Of a DNA stretch of 64,000 nucleotides, positions 39,008 to 51,533 are shown piece after piece. The notes beneath the pieces were generated by a model. That model ran no database searches. It was not told the DNA's origin and saw only the letters and a list, made by a program, of their open reading frames with translations. Each line of letters starts with the position of its first letter. Within the stretch, counting starts at the first letter, position 1. The position numbers and the translations under genes are program-made. The DNA comes from Spizellomyces punctatus DAOM BR117 (lineage: Eukaryota): assembly GCA_000182565.2 (NCBI GenBank), contig KQ257458.1. One strand, given 5' to 3'.

Positions 39008-41984
39008 ATGACGGCTCATCCAATGCCCTCCGCGATGACCCTGCTCCACCCCATGCTGCAAAGCAGTTCGCCTAAAGGGATCCGGCAAGACTCAGGTTGG
39101 TAGGGCCGTCAAAAGTGCCTGCTAGTGTTGGGCCAAAACTGGTTGCGCTATTCAAAAGCAGATTGTCAGTGAAGGCATAGTGTCAGTGCGTTAATGGTGG
39201 AATGGTTTGGGTCGAAGCCTTTTGGGTTATCATCCGACGCTTCTGCTTCCGTGGTGCTTAATGTCGACGGAAAGAGCTGTAGATAATGGCTAATTAAGTC
39301 TTCCGCCGCATTTTTCAGCCACTCTTTCTGGATCTCCTCCAGTCATTCCTGAAAGCGCTTCTCCCTTGTCTATATCCGATTCCCTATCCAATGTCTGCTT
39401 GCTCCCATTTGCAGATCAGCTTTCAGACCTGCCGTCGGATCTGCAAAATATTCTATGGAATCTTCCCTTCTTTCCTCGTGATCGAGACGCAAGCGAAATT
39501 GCTGGGATTGATGAGTTTCTCAAGGATATCAGCCAAGTGATGCACATCCGTCACTTCTCACCCGGCGACGTCATGATTCAGGAAGGTGAAAAGGCGCGAG
39601 CAATGTTTTTTGTGATAAAAGGTATGTTTTTCAGTATGTCCTGAACCTTTAGCTTTTGTGCTTTGCCTTGACCAATTATACGGTTCGCCAGGTATCGTTA
39701 AGGTGATAAGCGAAGACGGAGAAATAAATTTCGCGGAACTCAGACCAGGAAGCTACTGTATGTTCTCAAAGGTGTTCCTCCATCTCCTGGCAATCAACGC
39801 AGATGGTATGACACTAAACATATTCTTGTAGTTGGCGAAATTGGGGTTCTTTTTAACATCAACCGGACGGCCACCGTCACTGCGAAAACAAAATGCACAC
39901 TAGCTGTTCTGACCTCTGACGACCTCGATCATAAACTGGTGCGATACCCGCAAATTAATACCATTTTGCGGACTCAAGCAAATGAGCGATATGAGCAACT
40001 CAAACGCGAAATGGAAAAGGCGGGTCGAAGGAGGCGCTCGGAATTGTGTGATAAATCTCACGAGATGCGAAAGGTATGAAGTGGTGATGCTGTAACTTCT
40101 AGGGAAGGATTCCTAACCCAGGAGTTTATAGGAGTCGTCACATGGATCCTTACGCGAGCTTTCAGCGTCTCGAGTAGCCTCGCGGCGAACATCGGAGGAG
40201 ACAAAACTATATAATCAATTACCAGCAGAGGCTATCCCTACACCAGGTCGGACCTCATCTGACGATTTTACAACATCAGCACTAGCGATTTCTGTGGATG
40301 CAGGATCTCCGCCACCCAGTAGTGGCGTGCCGCTTTCTCCCACCTCCGACAGCGCTGGTCTATCTTCCCCTGCAGCAAATTTTGCTGCGCGCCATGGTGG
40401 ACGACGACGTGCATCTGTCGCAGTGTGGTCGGATGACAGGTTGATGCAATTCGCCCAGAGCGCCAGTGAAAAGTACGAACAAGGAAAAGAAAAGCATACG
40501 GTAGCCGTTCCATCCAATCTACATCGTGCTGCGTCGGAGCTAGCCCTAAGAAAGACCTTCACGACCCCGCCAGTTACTGAAATTCGCGAATTCGGTGTGT
40601 TTGGCCGTGATCTCATGGCAAGGATTCTCAGCCATCTCGACTTTCGTCAACGAATGCGCGTTCGACTTTGCAGCATGCACATTCTCAGACTTCTCCTGGA
40701 CCCGCGAATGATGCTTACCACGGTCGTAGACCTTAGCCCGTGGCATAAGCGCATTGATGACAAGGTTATATCGGACATTGTCTGCTTCTGCGGTCAGACG
40801 GTGCGGAGTTTGAGCTTGCGCAACTGCTGGGGAGTGACGGACAAAGGGTTGGCTGCGATAGCTCATTACGCAGCAGATGGCCTGGAAACATTGTGTTTAG
40901 CCAGTGTGTGGGATATTACCGACGGGGGGATCGCGAGTATGGCAAGAATGTGCTCGCATCTTAAGGATCTTGATCTCAGCAACTGCCGGAAATTGAGTGA
41001 TGCAGGGATATCGAGCATGCTGGATGCCTGCAGCAATATAGACACTCTCACGCTTTCTTATTGTAAGAACCTTACCGATGCAATTTTGGGACATTCTCGG
41101 TGGAAAACAGTAAGAAGGGTGAATATGCAACGATGGTAAGCTGGCAGCGGACAACATCCGCGGACGACTTGGTTCTTACGTTTCTTGTGCACGCAAACAA
41201 TAGCACCGGCATATTTGATGCGGGATTCAGTAGGTGGGCCTCGCAGGCTGCTGAACCCGACCCGGAGCAAGTCTCGACCCAAACTGTCCCCGAGGCTGAT
41301 GAGTTTACAGCGACTCTTGGAGCGGGTCCTGTGACACAGATTGCAGAAGAGATTGAGGAGGAAAGTTATGCTGAAGATGACTTTATGGACATTGATAAGG
41401 GTGATCCATTCTATATAGCTGGCCCGCCAAGAACGCTGTCGTCATCATTTCATCAAGTTACGGCCTCTTCCTTCGCACTGCAAGAGCTCATTCTGAGCGA
41501 CTGCTCGTTCCTAACTGATGCCACTGTAGCTGCCATCGCTGCCAGCTGCCACAATCTTCAAATACTTTCCCTTTCATTTTGCTGTGCTGTGACTGAGGAT
41601 TTTGCTGAGCATCTTTCTGCTGGTTGCCCGCATCTCCGGGCACTGGACATGTCCTTCTGTGGAACGGCGGTCACAGACACAAGCCTCGGTGTCCTAGCAC
41701 GAGGTCTCCGATGTTTGGAGCGATTAAGCATTCGCGGCTGCGTACAGGTGACAGAGAAGGGAATTACCTATCTAGCAAGGTACGCACGTCGTCTACGGAT
41801 GCTGAACGTTAGCCAGTGCAAAAATGTAAATGAGCAGCTGGTGGAAAAGACTGGGAGAGGGTGGAGGTTATTGACCTGCCAAGGGTTGGTGGAGGTGGAT
41901 GAGGTGAATTTCCGGCTGAATGGAGGAAAAGTGATTGGGAAGGGTATAGGGAGAAAAGAAAGAGCCAGAGCCTCGACCGCATGA
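39008..41984 (+). CDS. Cyclic nucleotide-binding domain + F-box + leucine-rich repeat protein
   Basis: cNMP domain FSPGDVMIQEGEKARAMFFV..FGEIGVLFNINRTATV; F-box-like ARILSHLDFRQRMRVRLCS; many LRR-CC repeats (LSLRNCWGVTD, LDLSNCRKLSD, LDMSFCGTAVTD). Confidence 0.88.
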
Positions 41985-42343
41985 TATTCTCATTTTTCAA
42001 ATTCCAATCAATATTTCCAATCAATATTTTACATAAAGCGTAATTCCGCTGCATTTTAAGATCCATGAGTCTGCTATCTTTGCAAGTCACAAAGCAGATT
42101 ATTTGGACCTGTTCAAAGCTTGCCTGTGCGTATTCTTCGCTTACTTCAAGGTCGGCGTTTGCGGGAGTGTGCTTTGTTTACGATCAATGATCCTTGCAAA
42201 TGCCCGACGCGTTCGACCGGCAATTTTACGTAGAGGGGCGGAGTAAACAAACTTGACGGCTCGTGGTGTTCAACTCTGCAGCTTGCAAACGGTTGATCCA
42301 CCGCAGGGACATCTCGACTGCCACGTAACCGACAGGCACCACG

Positions 42344-45011
42344 ATGGAGAGATCTGTGAATAAGCTGACTTCTAAAAAGGTCAAGCCGCTTAAACCAAAG
42401 CATGTGCAGAGTAAGTTGCCTACACGAGTGTTTGCAAATCAGTCGACCGGTGGAATTCATATGGTTGAAAAACGAGAGCACATTTTATGATGTATTCCGT
42501 AGCTTGGGAGGGTTACGCTGGTTGCCTGACTGTGGTGCTCCTCCTGCGGTTATGTGAAAGCACTTACTAACGCGGTGCACTCTCTCGCTGCATTTTCGTT
42601 CAACAGTCCTCACCGGCGCCTCATGGCAGCGAGAGATACCAATTTCCGAGCTATTTCGTTGCATCAATCACAGATTGAGGGAAAACCACTGGGTGGTGAG
42701 TTGCTCAAACGTTTCCCCTTCTCTGATCGTTTGCGATATTATGGTATCGTAAAAATTCTGAGCGTGAAATTTGATCCTGTATGGCAGATTGCGTTTAAAG
42801 CGTTGATCACGGTCCATATACTGATGCGAGAAGGGGCAACAGACCGAGTGATTGGATTCGTTGCTAGCAACCCTGGCATGTTGAATATGTCAAACTTTCG
42901 GGATCGAACAAATTCTCCAGTTGGTATGTACCGCTTACCTTCACGGTTTCCCAAACACACTCACCCGAGATCTATAGGATATCAGCAATCTAAGAATCTT
43001 CGCGCATATGCATTGTATCTTGAAGAGAAGGTTGTTGGATATCGAGAGATCAAAGTGGACTTTGTCCGATCGAAGCCAGAAATCATTGCGCGTCTTCGCT
43101 CCTTGCCGGTTGAAGAGGGCCTGCTCAAAGAAGTGGAGCTGCTCCAAAGGCAAATCAATGCCTTGTTAAGCTGTACAGTAAGCATATGCAAATTCGTTAA
43201 GCGCAAACCCCATTTAAGAGGCTGATTTGTCAATTCTCCTTTTAGTTTTATTTGGAAGAGATCGACAATGTCGTGACACTTCAGGCGTTCAGGCTACTTA
43301 TCGGTGATATGATGGCTTTGTTCCATCTGCTGAACGAAGCTGTTATTCGCATACTAAGTATGCGCGAGCCTCTAGATTCACTGCAAGGTTTTAGTTGATT
43401 AACTCTCCTCTGGTGCTAGGTGAATATTTTGAGATGTCAAAATCCGATGCTACTCGAGCATTGCAGATCTATAAAAACTTTGCCACTCAAACCACGAAAA
43501 CTGTCGAGTTTTTTGACATTGCCAGAAGATTGAGACATGCGCTTGGCCTGGAAGTCCCGGATTTCAAGCATGTAAGACTCTCAGCTTTCCCTTACTTGGC
43601 GGTATATTCAACGTATGACTGATAAAATTCTTGATAGGCACCGATTTCTTTGGCAGGTGCATTAGAGGAATATTTGAAAGCACCGGACTTTGAAGCCCAG
43701 CGTCTAGCATATAAGGAGAAGAAGGCAAATAAAAATTCAGATACATCTAAGCCCGCAGGTAATCTTTTCCATGCCTAAAAAAAGCGCTGCATCAGTCGTA
43801 ACCACTTGTTTCATGTCGGAAGGGACAAGGGAGCCGCAAAACACAGTCGCTCCCAAAAAGCAGGAAGAACCCGGAATCGACTTCTTTTCGAGCTTAGATG
43901 AGGAGCTAAATGCCCTCAATTCGCCATCAGTCCAAGCACAGTATGATACTTCGGATGCATTCGGGTCCTTTTGGGTACCAAATAGCGCGAGCAACCCGTT
44001 TGCACCTGGGGGACATCATGACACCAACCCCTTTGCGGTCAAACAACAGGAACTTCAAAAGCAAACACAGGACATCAATAATCAGCTGGCCCTCTTACAA
44101 GCGGGCCTTTCGACGCTTACACAGCCAGCTCCATCTAATCAGTTGGTACTGGGGAATCAATCTTTCCCATTGCTACAGTCCAGCGCTTCCCCCTTTGGGG
44201 CATCTCAGTCGCAACAAGCAGACGACAACGCGTTCACAGTGGAAAATGTATTTGGGAACCCGAATGTGTTTGCTAATACCGGAATGGGACAATCCAGTCA
44301 GGGTCTGGGTAGCGCGTTCGGCGCTGCACAAACATCTCAACCCAACCGGAGCAGTTCCGACCCATTTGCTAGTCTTACGGTCATTCAGCAAAAGTCTCAA
44401 AATCCAACCCTCGATCCCTTCAATCTGAGCCGTCCAGTCGGCATCATCAGTCAGACTTCCCCGCACAACCCGTTCGGTCCGCCATCGTCCACAATGGGCA
44501 GTTTGCAGCAACCGACCGTGAGACCAGCGTTACTCCAACCGCAGTTGAGCAATCCCGTACTAGGGCAGTCCAATTACGTAGCAACCACCAGCATGCCTGG
44601 GTCTATTAATATGTTTGGAAACAGTGGCAGCAATCTACTCTCAACATCTGCCGCGACACAAAAGAGTTCTTACCCGATTGGCGGAAGTACAACTGGAGCG
44701 GTGGGAATGGGTGCTCTCGGGAATGTTGGCGTGATAGGGAACCCAAGTTTTAGCACTAGCACGCCGGCGTTCAATCCATTTACGCAAACTGGTGCACCTC
44801 TGGGTTCGACATCAGCACAAACTCGACCTGCTTTCAATCCTTTCGCTCCAACAGGGAGTGGAGGAATGGATAACTCATTTGGTGGATACCAGCCTACTCC
44901 CAACCAGCAGCAGGTTAGAGGCAGCAAACTTGAAACATCCCATCACTTCATACTGACTGGATATTTGCTTATTAACAGACGGTTTTCAATCGCAACTCAT
45001 CGCTCATCTGA
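42344..45011 (+). CDS. ANTH-domain clathrin adaptor (AP180/Yap1801-like)
   Basis: K.KHV, WVIAFKALITVHILMREG, YALYLEEK and YFEMSKSDA; low-complexity tail with multiple NPF/DPF motifs. Confidence 0.93.
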
Positions 45012-45227
45012 ATCCGATTATTAAGTACTCCCTTGGTATATTTCCTGCGCGTTGGCGTGGAGCCTCATTCATTATTTGTAATGCAGACAATATATTTCTA
45101 CTGCACCTTGAGGTTACTCTCTCTCGGTGTTATAATGGCTAAATAACCACAAATAGGCGCACACGTGTTTTGCAACCATATTTCAAAAAATACATGTATA
45201 GATATAACAGCGACAAAGCAATCAGTT

Positions 45228-46768
45228 TCAGAATTCTTGTAGGAGCATTCCCGTCAAGTCAGGAGGCATTAGAAGCGGGTAATCCACTTGCATCTGGAAG
45301 GTTTCCAGCATTGCTTTTCGAAAGATGACGTATTTCGGGTCGTCAAATTCTGGAAAACCGCAGACGTTCATATGCTGTGTGGTATTACAATATGCTTTGG
45401 CGCACCACGTACCTTCACTGTCCCAATCAAAATCTGTAGGAAACAGGCCACTTGAAGAGCTTGGAAAACATGTTACCGTAAGATCTGTACACATGTCATC
45501 TGTTGCTTTATCGATGTCCTTTTTAGGTTGGCGGAGATCAGGGAGGGAGCCCGATGGCCTTCGCGAAGTCATCTTGGGTGACTCGAATGAACGGACGGTA
45601 GATGATGGGGACAAGGAGGAAACTTTGGGCGTGGAGGAGGACCGAGTCATGGGATTATGAGCGGTTGTGGTGGCGGCCGACGAAGAGAAGAGATTGAGCA
45701 GCGTATCGGATGGTGGCGTCATAGATGCTATAGTACATTATAATGTATTAGTCTCAGGCGTGGACGCAGTAAGTTTTTACGGTAATATACCTGATGACGC
45801 TGCTCGACGTCTGCTTTCAACCAGTCCCTGTGCTGCGGCTGCGCTCATCGGCTTTGCTGGTCGTTGACCTGGTGCTAGAGCGGGTACTATAGTTCATGCA
45901 CATATTAGTGCATTTCTGGACAAGTGCAGGCCACCGATGATACGCATACCAACTGTATCCCTCCCAGGCCCGGTTGCACCTTGCATGACAGGAGCTGTCC
46001 GTACGGCGTCTGATGTATTCGATACGACAACTGCTTGCCTTACGCCGGTTGCATTAGCTTGTTGTACCCCTACTGCACTAGGTACTGCATGCCTAACTAA
46101 TGTTTTTGGCTGAACCACAACCATCCGCTGAGGTTGATCCTGCGGTAGGGGTGTGACCTGTCGGAGCAGTGGTGGTGCAGGGGAAGGTTTATTTTCCCCG
46201 AAAAATATTCGAGCCGCTTCAATAGGACTTTGGACGACCTCTTCTTGCTTTCGCGGAAAAGGAGAACGGGGTGAATTCCCTTCGCTGGGGATACTCGTAT
46301 CAAACGGTGACGTTGGGGATACACTGCTGCATTTGTCAAATGGAGAGCGAGGACTTGCTGCATTTGCAATTGATCTTGTATTATCATCTAGCGCCTGTAT
46401 CCGAGGTGGAAGACCGGAGTTTGAACGAGGTATTCCAATACGTAGCTCAGTGGATGTCCCCATGGACGCCCAAGGCGGCGGTCTCGGCGGCTCCCCTTTG
46501 AAATCACCTTCAGAACCAATAGAAGGGTTCCTTGAGAATGATGGAATAGTCGGAGGGGCTGCCGTTTGATTACTACTTCGTGCGAATGGGGAAATTGGTT
46601 TAGGAGCGCTTGTGTTGGGCTCGAGAGCAGTAACGCCAACCGGCACTGGTGGTGCCCCCCACACGTTTCCTTTCTAAGAAAAAAGTACGGGAGATATATC
46701 AACGACCTTTGAGTCTCTTTGCCTCTTGTCTATTACTATTAATTTCACACCTGTGGATCGTTCATCAT
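45228..46768 (-). CDS. Pro/Ser-rich hypothetical protein with a short globular Cys-containing C-terminus; start uncertain
   Basis: Long ORFs 45894-46664 and 45228-45722 are joined by canonical introns. No family recognised. Confidence 0.6.
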
Positions 46769-47007
46769 CCAATTTGCTTCGTCGCCAGTCCTTCACTGTG
46801 AGGTGCGAACAGGTACAGGAAGACCGCTTACTTGATGAGCTTTGGTAAGCAACGCACGTGACTAACGCGCTCACCTGACATGAATGATCGTCATCAGCGC
46901 GAGTTCCTCGCCTCCCATAAACTCCCCACCGCCTCACCGCACACCATCAACACTAGCGCCAGTTTAGTTCGTTCACTTTCTTCGTGCCAAACAGTATTGG
47001 AAGACCA

Positions 47008-47921
47008 ATGAGCGACACGGTACCTTTTGATTCTGAGAAAGAGGTTGCAGCAGAGGTATACGATGCTGCCCTTCGCTTGCTTCGGCAATACACAGACTTC
47101 TTGAACGCACTTGCAGCGGAAAACTTGCGGTCGTATACGGCTATATCAACATACGTGCCGGGATCAACAATTGGCAAGGTAGAGTCTTTTGCGATCGTAC
47201 GATATAAGTAGGCACAAAAGCTAACGACTGGCTTGTAGCATGTTCGACATGTTCTCGATCATTTCCGGATACTGTTGACAGAGACGAGTAATCAAGCGGA
47301 AGCTGTACGTCAAGTCAAGCAAGCACAGGGCATACATGATGGTGACTCACCGGAGAATGGAACGGAAATAGTGGACGGCGCCCGGGGTGCTATAAAGGTG
47401 AACTACGATGAACGACAACGCGACGTAAGTGATCATGTCGACAACATGCTACTGGATCCAGGATGAATAGCAGTTTTAGCCCCAAGTGGAACAGGATCCG
47501 TATGCAGCCCTTGCCTCTATTGAAGAAATACGGCAATCACTACTTCGAGTAGCCGCTTCCAAAATGCGCCTGGACACACATATTGCCCTGGAAGCAACGC
47601 TGAATCCACGCAAGCACGACGTTCCTTTCAGCTCCAGTTTTGGGCGAGAGCTCTGGTTTGTACGTATCAGGACGGCACCGTTCTGGTCATTGCCAGTAGC
47701 TTATGCTAATTTGTACTGCAGGTTTGCCACCACGCTATACATCACGCAGCCTTGCAACGTGCCATTTGCGTCGAAGTAAGTCAACGAAAGTCCAGCGCTT
47801 TGAAGCGTGTGCTTCGCTAACGTATTGTCCCGCTCAGTATAACATCCCAGTCTCGGATGATTTTGGTGTCGCGCCATCAACTGTCAAGCATCACTTGCAA
47901 CACGAAAAAGCCGGACAATAG
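47008..47921 (+). CDS. DinB/YfiT-like four-helix metalloenzyme
   Basis: STIGK/HVRHVLDHF, VNYDERQRD, SSFGRELWF/VCHHAIHH and FGVAPST. Confidence 0.85.
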
Positions 47922-47990
47922 GTTATTGTCATAGGGTGAAAGGCTGAATGGACATGTTTATTTGGCATTGTGTGCTATATACAAATTCAC

Positions 47991-49246
47991 CTAGGTCTCG
48001 TCCATTGCATCTTCTCCCTCATCTGTGTCATCTAGAATACCCTCCTTCCATTTATTACTTTCTGCCAAGTTTGCTGATGGCTCGACGGACAGAACTCCGC
48101 GATTCGTTTGCCTTCTCGTGGCTAGCAACAGAAGTCAGTTTATGCACAGCCACTATATCCAGGAGCCAGCCGCATACCGGATCGATATAGAACTGCACGG
48201 CAATTTGCGCTAATGCTGTTCTTGGCTAACGCTTGATTCAAGCTGAAGATAGATGCGCTGAGATGCAGCAGTGGAAAGTTAATGTCCAATTTCAGATGTG
48301 GGTGTCTCGCAGGCCAACCTACAGATTTATCACATCATACGGCCCGCGCAATTCCAAATCTTTCTGTGCTTCGCTCGTTATTATCACGTTCTTCCCCTTT
48401 GTTGCGCGGATAAGAGATGCTGCGTTCCGAATCAAGTGTCGTCGCGCGCTGGCATCTACAAATTATACTCTGGCATCAGCCGATCCTCAGTGTTCCTCTT
48501 AATTCCCGTGGAATATCGTAATCACCCCGAATGGCGCCGCCATATGATATTTCGAAAAACAGTCCACGTTGTAGTGCCAGGTTAACCATCGGTTGTTTTA
48601 TGTAGAATGGGAGTCGACTGCCCATATCAAGGCTTATAATATCAATTTCCAACGAACTACATGCAGCAAGAAATAGTTTTTCGTTCGTGGGCTGTACAGC
48701 AATCAGATCGTATGAGGCGACATTGGGATTATTAACAGTCTGGGATACATCATGAGATGTCAGCTAGAACACGACTTTTGGATCACAAATATTAAGCTCA
48801 CCAGTTGGTAATTTGCGCTGATGTCCTCCAAAATAACAGTTAACCGAGACAACTGCTGAAATTCCTTTGCAGTAGTTCGACTAGCGGATAAAACGGAAGG
48901 CAAGTCTGATGCTGAATTCTTCACCCCGCCGTGTCCACCAAGTTCCGAGAGATCGAGAATCTTTATTGGGTTGGTCTTCACCGGAGGGTTAGTTTGAGCT
49001 TTGTGATGGGACCAGAAGCACTGGAGGTCACCTTGTTGGCTGCTTCTTTTCCAGAGGCCATAAAATTGTAAGCTACCCCCTGGTATCCCACTGACGACAG
49101 TGCATGTTAGAAGAACCAACATACACAATACACAATGACCAGCGACATTCTGACAACTCACGCTCGCGCAACAGGCTGACGGTTTTCTTCAGCTCTGCGA
49201 GGTCGCCTCCATGGCTAGGGTAAGGGACGTTGAGGTCCAAGAACAT
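47991..49246 (-). CDS. RPP1: RNase P/MRP subunit p30
   Basis: MFLDLNVP..GYQGVAYN, QLSRLTVILED, YDLIAVQPTNEKLFLAACSSLEIDIISLD, RGLFFEISY and GKNVIITSEAQKDLELRGPYDVINL. Confidence 0.92.
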
Positions 49247-49367
49247 GCTCTTTTGAAATGAAGAGATCGCCTCCTCCCAGCAAAAACGCGACTCGAATTA
49301 TTTAGAAGTCCTCGATCGTGGCTTTCAGGGCTCCGCTTCCCTGAACTTTTTTCGTTCAGAGCCGGAC

Positions 49368-51397
49368 ATGGGTGCGCTAAACAAGCATAAGCTTAACCTT
49401 GCACGCATCTAATTATCAGGCTGAACAGGTAACATCCCTTCTCGCGTGAGGGGTGCACCGCACAAAACTCCGAAACAAGAAGCCAGCCACATTGCGGGAT
49501 CTCCAAGTCCAACTCTGGTGGCCGAAGCACTTGCACTTTCCAACGCAATGTCTCCCAACGAGAGCCCGATCGGCGATTCTGCAACTGCTCCGTTCAAGGT
49601 CATTTGTTTAACTGGAGGTATGCGTTGTTCCAGTTAGTGCTGCTGAACTCCCAGTGCTCATTGTTATTTCAAAGGACCTTGCGGCGGCAAGACTTCCTCA
49701 CTTGCGGTATGCTATCTCTGGCTTTTTCAACTTGGTGGCTCTGTTGCTCACTGCTCTGCTCCTTCTGCGCCGTATATTTAGATACTTGGGGAGTAAGTAT
49801 GTTTTCCCTGGGGATCCTTCATGGTCGCCAGAAGTGACTTAACCGTGGAACGCTCCATTTCTCTCTTCATAGTTTGTTCCAGAGCCTTGGATGGAAAGTC
49901 TTTCGTGTCCCAGAAACTGCGACGACGTTGCTGAACGGTGGCGTGCAGTTTAGTGAATTGAACGACGCTCAAGCGTACAGCTTTCAAAAGAGTCTCCTCC
50001 AAACAATGCTTACAATCGAGAATACATACATTGAAGTATGGCTCCGGGATTGCATCATTCAGTTTTGCTTTCGGTAGCGTTACTCAACCTGTCTTCATAG
50101 CTTGCCAAACTGAACGGGGAACGCGGGCAGAAGACTGTTGTTATCTGTGGTATGCTTTGGGAACAACTTTGTTGTCGGAAGCTGTAGCTGATGAGTTTTA
50201 GATCGAGGTGCAATGGATCCTTCCGCATACATGTCGCGGACAGCGTGGCTGCAAATGCTGAAGGAACTGAATTTGGATGAAGTGGCCATACGAGATAATC
50301 GCTATGACTGTGTCATTCATCTTGTTTCCGCCGCGAAAGGTGCAGAGGCTTTCTACACGTTGGAGAATAACCGGGCGAGGTCCGAAGGGCTGGATGCTGC
50401 CCGTGAATTGGATGCTACTGTCATGAATGCGTGGCTAGGTTGGTTACCGTCTCGGTGGTCCAGCGTCATATGCTGACTCTCCCGTTATCCGTTAGGACAT
50501 GCGTCCCTTCAGGTTATTGACAATACGTCCGTCAGCAACTTTGCGGAAAAGTGCGATCGGGTGGTTCAAGCAGTGCTAACCCGGTTAGGGCTGGTGGCAG
50601 ATGTTGGCCGCTACGGGAAACATGTTCGAAAGCACAAGTTTCTGGTCAATAATTTTGCCTTGGATGAGCCATTTCCTGTGTCCTACCGTGACTTCAATGT
50701 GGAGCGTACGTACACAATGTCCTGCTGAAAGCATTGCGATGGCATTATTCATTTATTCGGATTCGTGCACCATTAGATATCTACTTGGTGAATACTTCGG
50801 GAGACGGGATGCAGATTCGAATACGAAGGTATACTGCTAGGTCGACCGCCGGCTAAACTCCATTGGCTAAAGCGTACGATGTTCCCTTTGGAAACACCTT
50901 AGACGCGAGGAAATTGGGTCCAACGAAGTGCACCTGAGCATGACCATCCGCCATCCAGAGGTACCACACATGTTGAGATCGATATTAGGTTCCTTGATTA
51001 ACAGTACCATGTCAAGGTCGATGGGCAGCGAGTCGAGACGCGACGAAACTTGACACCTCGAGAGTACGAGGCTCTTCGGGCTCAAGCCGATCCGAGCCGA
51101 GCAATCATATCAAAGAAGCGCCGCTGTTTCCTCCACAACGACCGTTACTTTCAGCTCGACGTATACCTACATCCTGGTTCTGGAATTACCCTTCTTGAAA
51201 CGTATCTAGACTTTGACTTCCATGGGCCATCTGCGTCTACTTCTTCAGATGCAATTAAGGATCGATTGCCGGACTGGTTGGACATGGAAGAGGTGACCGA
51301 TGACAAGAAGTACTCCATGTTCACCATTGCCGAATCTGTTCCGCTCGATGCGAAGCTTGCAAAAAAGCTGTCCCGATACGACCTTGGTAACCGATAG
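49368..51397 (+). CDS. TTD14-like P-loop (AAA_28/NadR) NTPase with C-terminal CYTH-like domain
   Basis: [47 protein letters not shown], and C-terminal [23 protein letters not shown]. Confidence 0.82.
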
Positions 51398-51533
51398 AAT
51401 ACAGCTGGGCGCCAACCCAGCCGATAGAAATGTTGGATATGTAAAGTCGATGCCTCATGAGGTTTCCTGTTTATGAGCCTAGGGTACACATCTAGAGCTT
51501 GCCAGCCACATAAAATTATCTTTATTTTCAAAT

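Noticed and set aside
47948-48585. Plus-strand ORFs downstream of the DinB gene
   Set aside because: They are antisense to RPP1/RPP30 exons.
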